This document shows, in pieces, positions 24,820-37,831 of a stretch of DNA of 64,000 nucleotides (position 1 is its first letter; the number at the start of each line of letters is the position of its first letter). The position numbers and the translations under genes were made by a program. Origin of the DNA: Felis catus (taxonomy: Eukaryota); contig NC_058374.1 in NCBI RefSeq assembly GCF_018350175.1, positions 138,384,001-138,448,000 on the forward strand. The letters are read 5' to 3'. The notes below the pieces were generated by a model. The model did not search any database and had not been told where the DNA came from. It saw only the letters and a program-made list of their open reading frames with translations.

Positions 24820-25130
24820 CGGGAAGGCTTCCTGGAGGAGGTGATGTGACCGCTCACCCAAGTCTTTAAGGATAAAGAGCTGAGATAGGGCAACGAGCAG
24901 GGCGTAGACACATGTGGTGTCGCAGGTGAGGGAGTAGCCCGCAGGCACGGGGCCTGGAGGTGAGAGGCCAGTGGGCAGGCCATGAAGGGCCTTGGGGACC
25001 CTCGGGTCCTTGTGGAACACGGGGACCAATTGAAGCTTTTAGTGGGCTTGTGATGAGACCAGGTGTGCGTCTTGGAAGTTCATTCTGGCTGCCTTGTGGA
25101 CAGGAAAGCAGGACAGGAAGGCGGGACAGC
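24820..25130 (-). mobile_element. Degraded L2 fragment
   Basis: gggaaggcttcctggaggaggtga...gggaccaattgaagcttttagt...gttcattctggctgc are L2-like motifs. Confidence 0.45.
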
Positions 25131-26269
25131 CGTGGCAGAGAGCTGGGTGAGGGGGTGAGGGTTTCACCAGGCAGGTGCGGGCCTCTAGAGGGAGCGTCAC
25201 CTCGGGGCACTCAGCAGAGCCCAGCAGCCACCCACCCCACGCTCCCCAGTCCCGGCCCCAGGACTGGTGCTGTGGGGCCCTCTGGCCTCATTCTCTTCCC
25301 CGATGCTCTCTGGGGTCCAATCTCAGAGATCATTAACGCTGGGAACAGACTTGGCTCTGAAGGAGCCGCTCTCCCAAGTCACGCTGCACACAAGGGGAGT
25401 TGAGAGCAGCCAGCCGCATCCTGTCCCTGACGGTGCTGGCAGGCTTCGGGGACAGCATTTCACCAGGAGAGTACAGGCCAGGGGCTCGCTTCCGCTAGGG
25501 CCCAGGGAAGCCTCTAGAAGGCTGAGAGCCTCTGGTGTGTTGGGATCACCAGGCAGCAGGGGCAGGAGGGGGGCTTCGGGCAGAGGGAGCAGCAAGGGGC
25601 AAAGGTGCAAAGGTCCTGGGGCAGGCCCCTTGGAACCTTAGGTGGAGGGAGGTGGCAGGATGAGGCAGGGGAGACTCCGGGGAGTTCGGCTGCAGGCAGG
25701 AGGAGATTTACAGTCAGGGAGGACAGAGGTGTGGAGGCCCCGTGAGGGACTGAGAAGACAAGACAGACACCTGCAAGGCATAGAAGTCGTTGGCAGGGGC
25801 GGGGGGGGGGGCGTCAAATGGGGAAGAGTAATCCAGAACCAGGCCTGTCATTGGAGGACAGCTCCCGAGCCCTCCCTGCATTTCAGGGACTGTGGGGTGG
25901 GGTGTCAGTGACACCAGTGAGCGTTGCAAAGCCCCATGGGCGCGGGGACGTGGCTTGAGGGCCCGGACGCTTCTGGAAGGAGCTGTCCAGCATCAGTGTG
26001 GTTCTCGGGGCCGGGGCCTCAATTCAAGAGGTTGGGCCGATGACAGGAGCTGAGGGTATGAAGTGGCCCCCAGAATGGGCGGGATCGAGGCCCAGGCCAG
26101 AGGCATCTTCATCGGGCTTCTGGGTTATGCTTTCACACCCAGCCCGGCCCCAGGCAGGCTGGGAAGGTAAGTCAAGGTGCCTCCTTTGGGGGACAGGGGG
26201 CGCTGGCACCTGAGGCCTCACGTCCAGCAGTAAGATCCAGACGCCGGGACAGCCGGTGGTCTGCAACTG

Positions 26270-26291
26270 CCCCCCCCCCCCCCCCCCCCCC
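26270..26291. repeat. Poly(C)22 homopolymer
   Basis: Direct count. Confidence 0.9.
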
Positions 26292-29200
26292 GCCGCAGGA
26301 CAACAAGATGTGCACCCGCTCAGCTCTGGCCTCTCGGTCCAGATCGCCTGTGAAGCTGTGTGCAGGGAGGGACCCAGCGTTCCCCACCCCTCAGAGGGGC
26401 TTAACCCCTTGATCTGACCCCTGACCTCCAACCAGACCCAGCCTGGGATTTCATCTTGTAATTGACGTTCTCTGGGTGCCTGATCTGTGCTGGGTGTTGC
26501 GTGGACAGGAGCTGCAGTGGCGGGGAGGGGGGTGTCCTGGGCACTCACGGAGGCTGGAGGCCCGAGGGGGCGTGTCAGAAAGAGCTGGGCCTCACACAGC
26601 CCTGGGGGCATAGGGTAGTGGTGGTGCCGTTTGCCCAAGGGCTGGCCGGTGGCCAGCACCTGGCTGGGGGGACTGGAGACACTCAGGGTCAGGGGAGCGG
26701 CGGGGTGGGGAGGTGATGCGGGCAGATTGTTACGGGACCAGCCATCCCTGGAGCCACTGGGCCGAGGGCCTCACTCAACGTCCGGGCGGCATGGCCATGA
26801 GAGTCCAAAGGCCAGGCCAAAGTCAGGGCCGGCCAGGGCTGGAAGCCAGGACTCTTCTCCCTTGCTGCACCCTCCCCCCCTGCAGCAGGCAGGACTGGGA
26901 CAGCATGAGGTCGTGATTTTGTACTCTTCTGGGGAAGCCAGCCCCAGGCTGCGTTAGCTGTTGGACGGGGGTCTCGGGTTCAGAGTGAGCCTGGGGACAC
27001 CCTCAGCTCTCCAAGGTGGGCGGGAGCTGGCGGGGCAGGTGGTCTGGGGCTCCCTAAACCCCCCCCATCTAGCAGAGAGGAACCCGGGAGTCCTCCTCTG
27101 CCTCCTCCAAGGGGCAGCTGCCTGGCAGGACAGCTAGGTAGGAGGCTGGGTGTCTTAGAGCCTGGCCCCTGCGGAGGGGTGACTCCAGGCCACGCTCCCG
27201 GGCCTGCCCCGTGGACGATGCTGTCAGGATGCCCACCTGGCAGTTCCACCAGCCTGGCTTTGGGTCGTGGGTCTCACGGGACTCTGAGGACTGCTGTGTG
27301 GGCTCCAGCCCATCGCTGGGGCCCCAGATACTCCACTTTTTTTTTTTTTTGTAGGTGACGGGTTTAAAAAGCAAAGGAACTTCGTTGCAAGGCTTGACTT
27401 CTGTGGCCACGAGATGTGTCGCCCCCCACACCCGCCTGCCAGAATCATCAGGGTTTATATAGAGGCTTCAACCCGGTTCAGTCGAGTACACAGCCCAGGT
27501 GGTCTCAACAACACCTCACTCTCTCGAGGCTGTGTCTTCAGAAAAGGGCTCCCAGGGTGGGAACGGTGGGCAGAGTGTAGATCCCAAGGGCACGGGAGGG
27601 GTGAGGAGCCTCCGACTGCCCGGGTCCTGCTGGAGGGCCACCCAGGGGACACTTCCTCCCGGTGACCTCCCCCAAAAGCAAGCACTAGAATTCTCCGGTT
27701 CTTGCAACCTGTGTCTTAACCTGCGACTCCTCCAAGAGGGGGAGGGTGACCGAGCGTGGGGGGGGAGAGGCGATCAGAAGTTCTGAACAGAAGGAAGGGC
27801 CGCAGGTGAGCTCGCGGGGACAAGGCCCCCGGTGCCAGCTCAGCCCCTCCCCCCTCCTAGCCCCCCTCTCGGAGCCACCCCCCCTTACCTCCTCCCAGCC
27901 CAGCCCCACACCCCGCAGGGGCCCCCACCCCGGGGCCCCTCCCTCCCTGCAGGGGGAGAGCTGCACAGTGCTGGGAGCCGCCACTCAGATCCCAGCTCCG
28001 CCAGTCCCAGCTCTGAGCCTCTCTGCCTCAGTTTCCTCGCCTGCACACGGAGTCACTAGCAGCCTGCCACAGGGCCAGCTGGGGCCAGCTGGGGACTGAA
28101 TGTATCGGTTCAGCCCGCTCCGGCCCTCCGCCTCCCTCCTCCCCCCAGGCCTTGCTGGCAGAGCTCTGTCTCCAACGCCCTCCCTGCCACTTGCCCCTGG
28201 CCTCGGGTGCCCTGCTCCCTGACGGTCCTCACCTCAGCTCTGTTAAGACCCAAGCCTGCCCCGGCCATGCCAAGTGACTGCCAGCCTCCTGCAGGCCCCA
28301 GGCCTCTGGTGCTGTTGTCCTCACGATGCCGTCGCCTCCCTGACCCCTCCACCTGCAAAGTTGACTCCCTCCCCCAGAGTGACTTTTCTGACCCTGCTCC
28401 CCACTGCCCGGATGACCAAGCCTTAGTGCGCTGCCCCCAGGCCTGGCTCCCCTCGGGGTCGCCTTCCTCCTGTCCCTCCTCCTCCCCGTGTGCCCCCTGC
28501 ATGCAAACCCCCAGCCCTTGAGAGGCACTTTCTCCTGCACAACACCAAAGTCTGCGGGGCACTTTAGGCAGCAGTGAGGAATCAAAGGTGCTTTCGGGGG
28601 GAGGGGGTGCAGGGGCAGCGCGGTGTCGGGGGGGTGGGGGGTGGGTCAGGTGGTGACTCAGCCGGGCAAGGAGGTGACGAGAGAGGCACCCGTGAAGAGC
28701 CTGGCTGGAGCTGGGGGGGGGCGTGTGCCGGGGCAGTGGGGTGCCAGGCTCCCTCCCGAGGGGTTCTGTGGAGCCAGACAGGGATTGGGGAGCACCAGGA
28801 GGGGGACACGACTGGGAAGAGGAGAAGTTCTGCCCAGGGCACAGCCCAGAGCCACAGGGGCTAGTGCTTAAGGCCAGAGGCGAGACCCCAGAACCCAGTG
28901 AGGAGGCTGGAGGAGGAGGCCCAGAGAGACCAGTGTCTGGAGGGAGGACAGACATGTATGTGGGAGGACTGGGATGTCCCAGAATAGAACAGACGCCCCC
29001 GAGGCACATTGGGGGCAACAGGGGCCACCCACACCACCTGAGCAGCCTTCTCCCACAGCAGCTTCCCAGGCAGCCAGGGGCCTGGTGATAGGGCTCAGAT
29101 CAGGGAAGGAAAAAATAAATTCTTTGTGCCACACGAACTGCTGCCCTTTCCCACAAGCCCTTACAATCCTGTCTTTGTTTCCGGTGGAGCAAATGATAGG

Positions 29201-29738
29201 GAAACCGATGGCTGTTCTGTTCGCATTATGGTTGAGCCTTAAAGACAAGCCCCCCAGGGCCCAGGGGGAAGGACGCCAGGCAGCGACCTCAGTGGCCACG
29301 GGGGAAGGTGGATCACCAGGGAAGGGCATCTCCCCGAAGTCAGGCCTGGAGCCAGCTGCACCTGGCTCCCTCCAGGGGTGGGGATGCTTCCCTGTGCAAC
29401 TGGAAGATGGAGGTCCCCCAGGGACAGCATTGCGGCTGGCTCTTAGAAAGGGCTAGAAACCAAAAAAAACACAGGCAAGATGAGGTCAAGATGGAAATAA
29501 GCAAACAGAGATGGTCAAAGGTGCTGGCAGCGTGTTCCTGAGAAGCATATCCTACCCGGCTGACCATGGCTTTGCAGAGTGCAAGGTCCCAAGGTCCTCT
29601 GATCTGAGCAGACTGTGGGTGAGTAAAGGGCAGGACCAGGCCCAAGCCAGCCGCTCTCTCCAGGCCTCCCTTTGCACACCCCCCCCCAAATTTCCACAAC
29701 ACTCAGGGGGCCCCAGGGAAGAAACGAAACACTCACCT

Positions 29739-30006
29739 GTGTGCACACACGGAGATGTGAACGCCCACAAATAGGCTCACACGCACAGCTGTGAATGCAC
29801 ACCACACGCAAATACATGCACGTGCACACACACACAGACAGGGCACACACGTGCATACAGGTGTGTATGCTCACGCACACGGGCTTGCAGGCACACCGAT
29901 GCATCCGTGCACGTGCTCGAGCACAGAATATACTCACAGACGTGCACGTTTGCACACACGCGTGCACCACACACAGTCACGCAGGCAGGCACACACGCAT
30001 GTACAC
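29739..30006. repeat. Degenerate (CA/CG/TG)n alternating purine-pyrimidine low-complexity tract
   Basis: About 270 bp of cacacgcaca/tgcacgtgca variants. Confidence 0.85.
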
Positions 30007-30982
30007 GTCCTGGGTGGTTTGCGGGGTCCTGAGCTGAGAGGGCCGTGTAGCCTCCACCCCCCTGCAGAGTCCCGCAGCCCTCCCCTCTTTTTCTCCCCTG
30101 CTGGAGGAGGAGGTAGAGACTGGGCCTCGGGGAGCTCCCAGCTCTGCCCTGGGGGCAGCGGCCGAAGCAGCTGGAGTAGCTCACTCAGGTGCCAGGCTTG
30201 GCCTCCAGGGGCCCTTCCCTCCCGCAGCTGGGGGCTGGCTGTGCCCACCGGGGCAAGGTCACACAGCCTGCAGGGGCCAAGTTCTTGTTACTGTTTTGAA
30301 ATAAATACCCCTTCCATTATATGTTAACAGAGCAAAATGGCGTTGAGACAGCCAGGGGGTAGAAATTCTGATTCTATCTCTCCTCCACCAGTCGACCAAC
30401 AGATGATTTATTTGTCATCCAACAAGTGCGGATTCGACACCTCTGACATCCAGACGGTGGGAGGACCTGACACGGAAGGACACTCCAGGCCTTTCTTGTA
30501 AACCGGTCAAATCCAAGGAAAAGCCCTACGCGGACCAAGGCGATGGGGACCTCCTCCTTGCCCTCCCATCCCCCACCACGCGACCCGGGCCTGTGCAAGA
30601 AACGGTGCCCTCAGGAAGGGGTGACGGACAGGTGGACGGTGTCCTGACCGCTGACCCAAGCGGCCAGTCCCTCCACAGCTACATAGGAGGTTCCAGAAAC
30701 ATTGCCTGTACCTACATCACTTGGCGTTTGCCAGAAGGTGAGCCAGGAGGCGGGCCTCCCCAGCTGGCCGGTCCTTCCCGGGCCACTGTCTCCTCACCCG
30801 CATAACGGGGGGCTTGGAGGGCGGGTTGAACCAGGGCATCTCCCTGGGTCTTGCCAATGCAGCGCCACCCAAGGGGCCTGCCCAGGTGGCGGGAAGTCCT
30901 CTGGGAGGTGGGCCCATGGGCTCTGGGGTGCAGACTGGCTTTCCCTCCAGGGTAGCGTATCCACCATTCAGGAGCCACAGCA

Positions 30983-31217
30983 GGGGAACCACGGCTCAGT
31001 TGGCTGAGCGTCCGACTCTTGATTTCAGCTCAACTCATGATCCCAGGGGCGTGGGATTGAGCCCTGTCCTATGTAGGGCTCCTTTTGAGCATGGAGCCTG
31101 CTTGGGATTCATTCTCACTCTCTCTCTCTCTCTCTCTCTCTCTTCCCACCCCCCTGGCTCGTGCAGTCTCTAAAATTAAATTATCAAGAAAATTTAAAAA
31201 GAAAAATTGAAAAGAAA
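30983..31217 (+). mobile_element. Older Can-SINE
   Basis: ggctcagttggctgagcgtccgactcttgatttcagctca..., (CT)n tract, A-rich tail. Confidence 0.88.
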
Positions 31218-31630
31218 CACTCATTTGCTGAATTTAGGTTCAGGATCAAATACCCACACTTACCTGAAAACACTGTTAAATCGCCTCTCTCCCCGACCAT
31301 GCGTGAGGCTAAGATTTTCTTCACAGACATCGCCAGAAACAACACAAGGCAGCAGACAAGACGCAGAAGCTGGTGAGATCCCAGCCACTGCCTATTAAAC
31401 CAGACGTTCAAGAGCCTTACAAAAATGCTTTAAACAATTTTGGGGGGCTCTGAAGAATATAATCAGTGTGTAAAAATGTTTTAAATTTCATATATGCAGG
31501 ACTTCTTATTTTTATATGAATTAGTAAATATTTAAAGGGGTTTGGTTTTTTTTTCATTTTAATTCGAATCCTTGGAAATACTGACGAGGATAGCTCATGT
31601 AAGCAAAATGTCTTGGGGTTCTCAATAGCT

Positions 31631-31862
31631 TTTTTTTTTTTTAATTTTTTTTTCAACGTTTTTATTTATTTTTTGGGACAGAGAGAGACAGAGCATGAAC
31701 GGGGGAGGGGCAGAGAGAGAGGGAGACACAGAATCGGAAACAGGCTCCAGGCTCTGAGCCATCATCAGCCCAGAGCCTGACGCGGGGCTCGAACTCACGG
31801 ACCGCGAGATCGTGACCTGGCTGAAGTCGGACGCTTAACCAACTGCGCCACCCAGGCGCCCC
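31631..31862 (-). mobile_element. Young felid Can-SINE (SINEC_Fc-like)
   Basis: Near-consensus body; TSD ctcaatagctttt on both sides. Confidence 0.96.
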
Positions 31863-32044
31863 CTCAATAGCTTTTAAGAGCGCAAAGGAGTCATGAAAAC
31901 AAAATCTTTGGGAATGTCTGTCCTCCACGACCACAGCGCAGTATTTCGCATCAGGAAGTTAACCCTGATGGGACCCTATCTCAGCCGCGGATCTCTGATT
32001 GCACCGAATGTTCCAAAATCTCTTTTACAGCAACTAAAACTCCT

Positions 32045-32235
32045 GAATGGGAAGTGGGGAGCGAGTGTTTCGTGGGGACAGAGTTTCCTTTGGCAAAGAG
32101 GAAAGGAGACAGACCATGGTAACGTTTGCGCGGCGACATGGATGTTCATGCCATGGAACCACACACTTAGAAATGGTAAACTTTATCTGATGAATATTTT
32201 ACCCCAACAAAAAAATGACTGTGTAAAAAAATAAA
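32045..32235 (+). mobile_element. Ancient L1 (L1M) 3' end fragment
   Basis: ggggacagagtttcctttgg...cacttagaaatggtaaac...aatattttaccccaacaaaaaa. Confidence 0.7.
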
Positions 32236-32430
32236 AAGTTTATTCAAACACAGTTGATGTCATAAAAACAGGCAAAATTACACAGCACCTATGTGATAGA
32301 TTTCATTACAAAATAATATTGCAGTGCTAGAGAGACTCCTGCACAAAATAGCTGGGCCTTGTTAAATCTGAACATGTAGGAGGCAAAATACCAAAAAAAA
32401 AAAAGGGTAATTTTTTTATACTGTCATTTA

Positions 32431-32652
32431 AAAAAAATTTTTTTTTAATGTTTATTCATTTCCTGAGAGAGAGAGAGAGAGAGAGAGAGAGGGCAGGGGA
32501 GGGGCAGGGAGAGAGGGAGACACAGAATCCCAAACAGGCTCCAGGCTCTGAGATGTTAGCACAGAGCTCGACACGGGGCTTGAACTCACGAACCGCGAGC
32601 TTATGACCTGAGCAAGTTGGATGCTTAACCGACTGAGCCACCCAGGCGCCCC
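32431..32652 (-). mobile_element. Can-SINE
   Basis: (GA)n tract and body ending gactgagccacccaggcgcccc. Confidence 0.94.
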
Positions 32653-34688
32653 TGTGCTGTTCTTGTTTTTATTAATAACCTCAGACAAGATCCTAAACCC
32701 CAAGAAGCTTCCAGTCTCGCGGAGATAGACTAGGAAACAGGCATGTTGGACCCAGGAAGATACGCAGAGGCCCTGGGGCTGATGAAACATAGTGGAGACA
32801 CAGGGCCCAGAGAGAGGAGATCAGGGAGGCCTTCCTGAAAGAGGTGGTACCCTGCGCAAGGAAAATCTAGTGTGGCACATCGGATTGTGAGTGGGGAGGC
32901 TGGGCAGAGACACGGGGATGTGACCCTGGCCCTCAGGGATGTGGTGAGAGGGTGGGTCAGAGCCTGGTGGCTGGTGGATAAGGGAAGTGAGAAACGAGGG
33001 CCCACGTGAAAGGGCTGTGCAGGCGGCTGGGGGAGGAGTCAGGGCCGGGAGCCTTTTGACTGGGCCAGGCTGGTCTTCATTGCCTCTGACTCTGGCAGTG
33101 ACCCTCCAGGGCGGCCTCAGTTCTCCCCGCGAGGAGAGAGAATCACTGAGGGGTGAGGCCGTCGCTGGAGCTCAGACCCAGCGTGACCTCGGTGCCCTGA
33201 CCGAAAGGGTGCTAAGGACAGGGAGCCTCTCTCAGGGTGAGCCCCGTGTCACCCACACGGCTGGCTGAATCTTCCTTTCAGGGCCCGTACCCGGCCCCGG
33301 GGGACCCAGTGAGGATTCCACGGGGGGTCCTGCCCTTTCCCCCAGTCCAGAAAGTTCCAGCTGGACCTCGGGTCCTGCCAAGAGCTACCCCCGCCCCGCT
33401 CTGCCACCGGCCGACCTCTCAGGTTCCCTTCCGGAGGGGGCCGAAGCGACCGGGCAAAGAGGCCCAGGTCTGGGTGGGAACCGGCCTCCTGTTTCCCTAA
33501 CACCCGGGTGCCCGAGTGAGGACAACCCAGCCCCGGGTGCCCGCTGTGCCGCCAGAGCATGCCCCATCCAGGAACCCCTCCATCCTATGGCAGGATCTAT
33601 CACCTCCGCTGTTTCCAACAAGAAGCGCTATTTTTGGACCAAAGCAGCAAGCGACTGGGAGACCCACGGGAAGAGCAAACTGGACGGTAGGAGGCCACAG
33701 TGAGTGTCCCCTCTGTGGGATGTGATTGGGACACGACGTGGAGCCGCCCTCCTACTCTGTGTTTGCAGAAGACAGAGGTGGGTGGCTTCCCGCTGACCTG
33801 CCTTGGCCCGGGGGGTGCCAGCAGCAAAGGGAGCTGGTTCCCCAACCAGGCCACAGGCTCCGATGATCCCAGGCCTGGAGGTCGCTCCGGAACACATTTC
33901 CAAAGCACAGAGCACGAGCCACTGATCGTAATTCACGGCAAGCGCTCGGCCCGGATAGTCATGTGTCTGCTCCCCCCCAGCGAGGCAGGAAAAAATGCCT
34001 CCCTCGTGGGCCCTGGCAGCTGGCTCCTGGGGCATGTCCCAGTCACAACCCCAGGCACGACTCAGAGTCCCCAGCTGGCGGGGGACGTTTGAGATCAGCC
34101 AGCCCAGCCTCTCAGTTTACAGTCGGGAACGGACGTAGGGCGGTTGTGGCTGTCCAAGGTCACAGAGCCCAGGAGGGGAGCGGTGGGCACAGTGGAAAAA
34201 GCAAGGACACGTGAGCCGGGCCGGCGGGCGCTGGGGCCAGGCCCGCGGCTCCCGGGCTGGCGGCTCAGGGCTATGGCTCAGCCCCTCTGTGGCTGCCAAC
34301 CCTGGGAGCAGGGAGCAGACCACAGCCTGCAGGCCCACTTGAGGCCGAAGCGCCCTGTGCACAGTGGGCATGTCGTCGATGACCTCACTGGGCAGCCAAG
34401 CAAGGAGAGAGCCCGGGCACCTGACCCTCTGTCCAGGAAGGACGGCAGTGAACTGCTTTGCTCCGGATCGACGCCGCTCTTAAGGTGTAACCCCTGAGTA
34501 GTGACCACTGCTCCCGTGCCAGGCAAGGCAGGGATGCACCCAGCATAAGGGACAGCCAGGTCCCCGTGCTTAACATCTGAACCAAAAGATACATAAATAT
34601 CATCGATGATTGAGGCAATGGCGGGCAAGTTTACTTGGATCAATTCTCTCTCTAGAAATAAGTTTTTAAAAATGTATTAAAAAATGCT

Positions 34689-34904
34689 GGGGCGTCTGGG
34701 TGGCTCAGTCAGTTGAGTGTCCGAGTTCGGCTCAGGTCATGATCTCACCATTTGTGAGTTCGAGCCCCGCGTCAGGCTCTGTGCTGACAGCTCGGAGCCT
34801 GGAGCCTGCTTCGGATTCTGTGTGTGTCTCTCTCTGCCCCTACCCCACTCATGTGCGCTCTCTCTCTCTCTCTCTCTGTCTCAAAAATAAACATTAAAAA
34901 AAAA
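34689..34904 (+). mobile_element. Can-SINE
   Basis: ggggcgtctgggtggctcagtcagttgag..., (CT)n, aaaaataaacattaaaa tail. Confidence 0.94.
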
Positions 34905-35388
34905 TTTAAAGTGCTTACAAATTATGTTAAAAACCTCTAAAAGCGGCCCAAATAGTGGCACACCTCCAGGCCCAGTTTGGCGTGGGAGGGACAGCAGTCA
35001 AGGAGAGAGGTTGCAACAGCCTTTTTGTCCTGAGGGCCTTTGCCAATCTGGAAAGTTTGGGCCTTGACCTTGGCGGAGCGGGACATGTGAGGACAGAAGT
35101 CAAGGTACCAGGTTTCTACTGGGAGGCTCTCCCTCGTGTGAAGCAGGGGGCCCGAAGGCCACACACACCAGAGAGTGGGAAACAAGGTGGCGTGGGGGAA
35201 CTTTCTGGCAAGTCTGCAGGAGCCCAGAGACTGCCTTGCTCTGGCACGGGGAAATCAGGGGGTCGCCGGCCAGTGAAACAGGAGTCCTGTGTGGAAAGCG
35301 CCAGCCCAGTCCCGGGCACCTGCTTAGCCATACTAGATTGTGTTTTCTGGGGTGGGGGAGGGTTGTTTTAAAATTAAACTCAGCACGA

Positions 35389-35595
35389 GGGGCGCCTGGG
35401 TGGCTCAGCCGGTTAAGCGTCCGGCTTCAGCCTAGATCACCATCTCGTGGTTCGAGCCCCGCACCCGGGCCCTGTGCGGACGGCTCGGAGCCCGGAGCCT
35501 GCCTCGGGTTCTGTGTCTCCCTCTCTCTCTGCTCCTCCCCCGCTCCCGCTCTGCCTCTGTCTCTCAAAAATAAATAAATGTTAAAGAAATGCATG
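35389..35595 (+). mobile_element. Can-SINE
   Basis: TSD aaatta(a/g)actcagcacg at 35371-35387 and 35596-35612. Confidence 0.95.
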
Positions 35596-36272
35596 AAATT
35601 AGACTCAGCACGCACACTTTGCTCAGACGCTGCTTTTCCACGTGGAGAAAGGAAGGGGTAAGGTGACGGTCCCCTCACCACCCCACCCGGGGTCTCGTTT
35701 TCCCACCGGCCGTCTACAAACCCCACCCGCCAGGGTGCTGCTCTGGTGTCCTGCCCCACGCCACCGTCACCTTCTAGAGGCTGTGCCCGTGATCGCCTTC
35801 ACGCACGTGTGGGATTCAGCCTTCTTTCTGCCTCCAGCCAGCTCCTTGTCCTGCACACCCCAGGCTCCCAAGCGGAGGGAACCTTTCCCTGCTCCCCCCA
35901 CCCCAGGTTGCCTGATGGCTTGTGAGCCAGGCCCCCACGTGGGTGTAACTCCCCAGGGCTCCCAAGGCAGCCAGCCGCCCACACCCCGTTCCCTCGATTT
36001 GTCAAAGATCAAAATCAGGCCCTCATGTAGGATCGTATACTCCACGTGCAAGTCCCAACACGGCCCAGAATGTTGACTTGCAAATAAATACCATAAGTAA
36101 ATCTGGAGGAGAGAGCTAGCCGGGCACAGAAAGACTGGAAAAATGTCAGGAGGCCTTCGCAACGTGCTCTGTGTTTACCAGTAAACAGAGCCCATCTGGG
36201 CCGGCAGGCCCCGGACTTTGGGCTTTCCAAACCAACAATGTTTTAAACGGCTTTGCGGACTGACGTGGGGGC

Positions 36273-36402
36273 GGCTCTTGTCCTCGCCTCAGGTCGTGAT
36301 CTCACGGTTCGTGAGTTCCAGCCCCGCAACAGGCCCTGCGAGGATGGTACGGAGCCTGTTTGGGATTCTGTCTCTCCTTCTCTCTGCCCCTCCCCAGCTT
36401 GT

Positions 36403-36455
<53 letters not shown>

Positions 36456-36489
36456 CGCGCTCTCAAAATAAATAAATAAACTTTAAAAA
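36273..36489 (+). mobile_element. 5'-degraded Can-SINE carrying (TC)18(GC)10
   Basis: ctcaggtcgtgatctcacggttcgtgagttc... body and aaataaataaataaa tail. Confidence 0.88.
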
Positions 36490-36566
36490 GGGGGGGTGGC
36501 ATTTTCAATAACAACACAAGAGCATAAAGGACATACTCTCAGGGACAAAAGGGATATTTCTTTAAA

Positions 36567-36766
36567 ATTTTTTTTTTAATCTTTATTCATTTTTGAGAGA
36601 GAGACAGAGTGAGAGTGGGGGAAGGGCAGAGAGAGAGGAAGACTCAGAATCCGAAGCAGGCTCCAGGCTCCGAGCCGTCAGCACAGAGCCCGACGCGGGG
36701 CTTGAACTCACGAACCGCGAGATCATGACCTGAGCCGAAGTCAGACGCTCCACCGACTGAGCCCCT
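36567..36766 (-). mobile_element. Can-SINE with a short deletion at its 5' end
   Basis: 20-bp flanking direct repeat aaaagggatatttctttaaa at 36547-36566 and 36768-36787. Confidence 0.95.
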
Positions 36767-37439
36767 AAAAAGGGATATTTCTTTAAAGTGACTAGATAAA
36801 GCTTTACAGCAAACCCCACAATGCCCTTGCTTTGCTGCCCTGTCTTCTGCCGACCAGGAACATTTGGCAAACGCGGTCAGTCCCTGCAGAGGACTGGGGA
36901 CTGTGGTCCACTTTCTCATTTCAGTGACAACCAAGGCCTAGAGATGCCCGTAGAACCTCCTGGCCGTTCTCGTGCACATTTAGGGAGCCTTGTGCGTCCC
37001 GGCCCCTGTGCCGGGTGAAGAGCTGGGAGCTCTGTCCGGAGGCTTGCAGCCGAAGCCGGCGGGGTGGGGGGGCCTGCATACTACTTGGGCTCCGGTCCAT
37101 GCTGCCTCGACGAGCCGGAAGGACTCAGCTGTAAAAAAGCCAGATACCAGGGTAGACCTGAGGGTCCCAGGAGGGAGCAAAAAAAAAAAAAAAAAAAAAA
37201 AAGGCACGCTGCCTGCCGTCGGAGAGGTTTGAGGGCCCAGGCAATGCCAGCTCACTGGAGTGGTGAGGCAGGCAAGGGGAGGGGCACCTTTGTAGACAGT
37301 GCTAAACGAGACAAAAGCCACAGGGGAGGTGGGGGCAGCTTTGCCGGTGAGATGGAGGCCAAGCAGGCTTCCTGGAGGAGGTGACCCTTGGCAGAGCCCT
37401 CAGGCAGGTGGTCGCCAAATTTCGACTACTACAACTCCC

Positions 37440-37620
37440 CTATCAGGTCCTGTGCCTGCACTTCCTGCACACTCCCTCCTAATTCTCACCCCAGGGCCCA
37501 CGGAGATAACCATCGCTGCCCCATTTTATAGACGAGGAAGTTCGGTCCAGGGGTCAGGTGATCTGTCCAAGGTTATGGTAATGAGTAAAAGGTAGAGCCA
37601 GGTGTTGACTCTAGATCTGT
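37440..37620 (-). mobile_element. MIR
   Basis: cccattttatagacgaggaag...gtgatctgtccaaggttatg...gtagagccagg. Confidence 0.7.
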
Positions 37621-37629
37621 TAGATTCCT

Positions 37630-37831
37630 TTTTTTATTTTAAGTTTTTAATGTTTATTTATTTTGGAGAGGTGGGGAGGGGCAGAGAGAGAGGGAGACAC
37701 AGAATCCGAAGCAGGCTCCCGGCTCCGAGCTGTCGGCACAGAGCCCGACGCGGGGCTCGAACCTACAAACGGTGAGTTCTTGACCTGAGCCGAAGTCGGA
37801 CGCTCCACCTCCTGAGCCCCCCAGGCGCCCG
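37630..37831 (-). mobile_element. Can-SINE
   Basis: TSD tagatct(g/a)tt(a/g)gattcct. Confidence 0.94.

Noticed and set aside
27337-27360. T14-GTAG|GTGACG, a recursive-splice-like AG/GT site
   Set aside because: Downstream of the host-gene poly(A) site with no evidence of transcription or a partner exon.
29080-30800. Possible ERV LTR fragments (also about 33550-34640)
   Set aside because: Composition is LTR-like, but I cannot assign a family or termini without RepeatMasker.
37179-37202. Orphan A24 run as a retrocopy tail
   Set aside because: No TSD, poly(A) signal or recognisable upstream body.
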